This document shows, in pieces, positions 61,616 through 64,000 of a stretch of DNA of 64,000 nucleotides. The stretch is from contig JAACDF010000099.1 in NCBI GenBank assembly GCA_009937065.1, positions 3,339 through 67,338 of the forward strand, written 5' to 3'. Source of the stretch: Gammaproteobacteria bacterium. Lineage in GTDB: Bacteria; Pseudomonadota; Gammaproteobacteria; Pseudomonadales; Halieaceae. Made by a program: the position numbers and the translations under genes. Positions within the stretch are counted from its first letter, which is position 1. The number at the start of each line of letters is the position of its first letter. Under the pieces are notes generated by a model. It was not told the DNA's origin, did not search any database, and saw nothing but the letters and a program-made list of their open reading frames with translations.

Positions 61616-62515
61616 TCATTCACGTGGCGCGGTGAAACCCTCGGCCTTTAACCACCCGACAAACTGATCAAACCAGCGATCGCTAGTTGTACCCTTAGTG
61701 AAACTGCCGAACCCATGACCCCCTCCCTGATACCAATGGAGCTCGGTCGCCCCACCAGCGCTATGCCAATCTTCAATGAGTCCAAACCCCTGATTTCCAA
61801 ACAAGGGGTCATCGGCCGCTAGAGCCACGAACAAAGGCATGGGATCCTTGGGGGGGGCAACTGAACTCATATCACCATAGATTGCTCCCAGGAAGGCCGG
61901 GGAATGGCTGCGCCCCTCATCCAGAGCAACGGCCATGGCAGTCATAGCACCCGCCGAAAAACCCAACACGCCAATTCTAGAGCGATCGAAGTGGTAAAGA
62001 TCAGCATTCGCGTGCATCCATGCCAGCGCAGCTTGCGCATCCAATTTGGCCCGGAGAACTGCCCGCAGACGTTGCTCCTGACTGACGTCGACATCGAGTT
62101 CTCGCGAAAAAAATCGTCCTATGAACTCAAAGAACTTTGCTTCCTCACGGGGCGTTTCTTGCGTCCGGTACTTCAGTGCGACAGCGGTTATGCCCTGAGC
62201 CACAAGCTTTTCGGCAATAGGCCAACCTTCATTGGACATTGAAACAAACTGAAATCCACCGCCGGGGATGACTAAAACAGCTGCTCCTGTTCGCGCATTA
62301 TCCGCCGCGGGATATACAGAGATCGCCGGCGCGTTGACATTGCGTAACCACCATTCCGTCCCACTAAATGTCCACTGCTCGCGATTTTCGAAGCCGCTCT
62401 GTTCGTCGCCCAGTGGCACAAATACCATTTCAGGAGGAGCGAGGTCGGTCGCGTTGACCTGGATCGCTAAGAAGAGAAACAGAATTCCGAACGTGCGAAA
62501 GACTAAATTAGCCAT
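61616..62515 (-). CDS. alpha/beta hydrolase (esterase, fold-3 type), exported
   Basis: VLVIPGGGF oxyanion motif and GFSAGA nucleophile elbow. I chose the ATG at 62515 (GAGGGG SD 6 nt upstream), giving signal MANLVFRTFGILFLFLAIQVNA. Confidence 0.8.
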   Translation of the reverse strand: MANLVFRTFGILFLFLAIQVNATDLAPPEMVFVPLGDEQSGFENREQWTFSGTEWWLRNVNAPAISVYPAADNARTGAAVLVIPGGGFQFVSMSNEGWPIAEKLVAQGITAVALKYRTQETPREEAKFFEFIGRFFSRELDVDVSQEQRLRAVLRAKLDAQAALAWMHANADLYHFDRSRIGVLGFSAGAMTAMAVALDEGRSHSPAFLGAIYGDMSSVAPPKDPMPLFVALAADDPLFGNQGFGLIEDWHSAGGATELHWYQGGGHGFGSFTKGTTSDRWFDQFVGWLKAEGFTAPRE

Positions 62516-62734
62516 AACGAACCCCTCATTAACCGGTGCTTCCACTCTTCAGCTGTTTAAAACCTAAATCACGCGAAGAGGAAATGACCAAGGAAAGCTA
62601 TCTGATGATTACCAGCATAGTGTTATACATCAGGCCTCAACAGGTTGCTGAACGTATGGGCAACTGGCTAAGGTATGCTAACACTAAGAGGTGGTGGCTC
62701 TGGCCAACCGTCCAACCAACAACAGGCAACGAAC

Positions 62735-64000
62735 ATGTTCAGTAGCGACGTCCTCGAGCAAAAGACGCTTATTCCAGATATCTACGGAGCGGTTGACTTC
62801 GGTCAGCTTCCGGAGCGCTACAACACTGATATCGACATCAATAAGATGAAGCCATCCCGGCACCGCGACTACTCCCAGCGTGTACTAGAGAACCCAGAGC
62901 TCGTGGAACGAATCCGCAACTACACAATGATGGGAGACAAGGTTTCCGATGCTTACGCCGCCCTGATTCCCGACTACGGCTTCAGATCACTCGTCACCAT
63001 GCTCGAGCAAGCCTGCGATCACGGTATGGAGAGCGTTGAGGATGCGCCCGAAGAGCTGATTGCGTTTATTCGCGCCATGGAAGCCACGCCTGCCTGGGTG
63101 GATATGGCTATGGTCGAGGAAGGCGCCAAGCACGAGCGCATCCCCCTCGGCACTATTTCCCCATTCGCTATCCGTGGTGCCTTCATTGCCACCTTCATGA
63201 ATAAATACACCGCGCTGCCCATGACCATGACGGGCACCTTGACTGACGATAAATCGGTGCGCCGCGTTTTCGAGACGGCGAGTTTCTTCACCGCAACGGC
63301 AATGCCTCGCGCCATGGAGCGCTTCAACCCGGGCTTTAAGGCAGCAGCGAAGGTTCGTCTGATGCATTCCATGGTGCGTTTTAACATCATGCGAACCGGC
63401 AAGTGGGATGTGTCTACCTACGGCATCCCGATTCCACAGGTTGACCAGATGCCGGCCGGGCTGATTGGTATTTTCCTTCTGTCCTACAAGCTCCTTGCGC
63501 AAGGTCGCAACGACTTTACGCCGGCTGAGCGTGCGCGCGTTGAGATGGCGCGCTACCGTTGTTTTCTTCTAGGGCTGCCCGAGGAGTTACTCGGAGAGAC
63601 TCCTCAAGAGATTGTCGATTTGATGACTGCGCGAACGTTATCGCTGCGAGAAACCTATGACGACGAAACCTGTGGCGAATTGGTCAGAGGCACGATGGAC
63701 GCCGAACTGTTTACCGAATCGAGCATAACTGGTCGTTTCCACAGATGGATGGAGCGCGGATTTTCTAAATATTTCCTGATTCAGAATTTCTGTGAAGGAA
63801 AGGTCGCTCGTGCGGAGGCCATGGGTGTTCACTACCGATTTAACGACAAAGTTGCCACGGCCTGTGCCATGGCTACCATCGTTGGTAGCTCCAACCTTTG
63901 TGCGCTGGGTATGAAAATTCCCGGCATCGCCAAGGTGGTGGATAGGAGTCTCACCCGGAAACTGGGTCGCCTATTACAGACCTATGGGCACGCTGACTTC
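62735..64000 (+). CDS. DUF2236 (MpaB/Lcp-like oxygenase) family protein, 3'-partial
   Basis: An open frame of 422 codons runs from the ATG at 62735 to the window edge with no stop, so it is absent from the ORF track. KVRLMHSMVRFNI and QVDQMPAGLI resemble the DUF2236 core. The minus-strand ORFs here are antisense artefacts. Confidence 0.65.
   Translation, partial: MFSSDVLEQKTLIPDIYGAVDFGQLPERYNTDIDINKMKPSRHRDYSQRVLENPELVERIRNYTMMGDKVSDAYAALIPDYGFRSLVTMLEQACDHGMESVEDAPEELIAFIRAMEATPAWVDMAMVEEGAKHERIPLGTISPFAIRGAFIATFMNKYTALPMTMTGTLTDDKSVRRVFETASFFTATAMPRAMERFNPGFKAAAKVRLMHSMVRFNIMRTGKWDVSTYGIPIPQVDQMPAGLIGIFLLSYKLLAQGRNDFTPAERARVEMARYRCFLLGLPEELLGETPQEIVDLMTARTLSLRETYDDETCGELVRGTMDAELFTESSITGRFHRWMERGFSKYFLIQNFCEGKVARAEAMGVHYRFNDKVATACAMATIVGSSNLCALGMKIPGIAKVVDRSLTRKLGRLLQTYGHADF

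Noticed and set aside
62987-63502. 171-aa and 127-aa minus-strand ORFs near the window end
   Set aside because: Both are antisense to a 422-codon open frame (62735-64000) with DUF2236-like motifs. That frame is missing from the track only because it has no stop within the window.

Overview
This is a 64-kb chromosomal segment. Spot counts give about 55% GC in typical genes. Gene content suggests a marine gammaproteobacterium, but that is only a guess. I call about 55 protein-coding genes, densely packed on both strands, almost all metabolic or envelope functions. In order they are: (1) a tight Phe/Tyr-catabolism operon (hppD, small VOC protein, FAH-family hydrolase, maiA, long-form aromatic amino acid hydroxylase); (2) GSTs, DUF805, cytochrome b561, and an NADPH oxidoreductase with a divergent LysR; (3) DUF2891 and yghU; (4) a TonB-dependent receptor with DUF3604 genes; (5) a CoA-dependent catabolic cluster (crotonase, CoA ligase, SMP-30, 2OG oxygenase, thiolase); (6) an aminotransferase coupled to a secreted unknown; (7) a GPH transporter-lacZ-GH2 block; (8) an S9 peptidase and malonyl-CoA decarboxylase; (9) a lower-GC block of six exported proteins; (10) NUDIX, an alpha/beta hydrolase, EamA and a Tag-like protein; (11) TetR, copper amine oxidase and MOSC; (12) a PhoX-like protein, LysR and amidohydrolases; (13) TetR, oxidoreductase, cadherin-like lipoprotein, Rieske oxygenase and PhyH; (14) a trio of secreted hydrolases and a TPR protein; (15) a partial DUF2236 oxygenase running off the 3' end, which the ORF track misses. 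I found no rRNA, tRNA, CRISPR array, transposase, integrase, phage gene, toxin-antitoxin pair or recognisable defence genes. I therefore cannot claim a clear new system. The best candidates for undescribed biology are the VOC protein in the homogentisate dioxygenase slot, the TBDR-DUF3604 locus (with a probable non-canonical start codon), the all-exported low-GC gene block, the TetR-amine oxidase-MOSC module, and the Rieske/PhyH/cadherin-lipoprotein cluster. There are also several gene remnants and small duplications: a truncated DUF3604, an internally deleted amidohydrolase, and a frame-shifting 16-bp duplication in a LysR gene. All family calls rest on motif recognition by eye. No database search was run.
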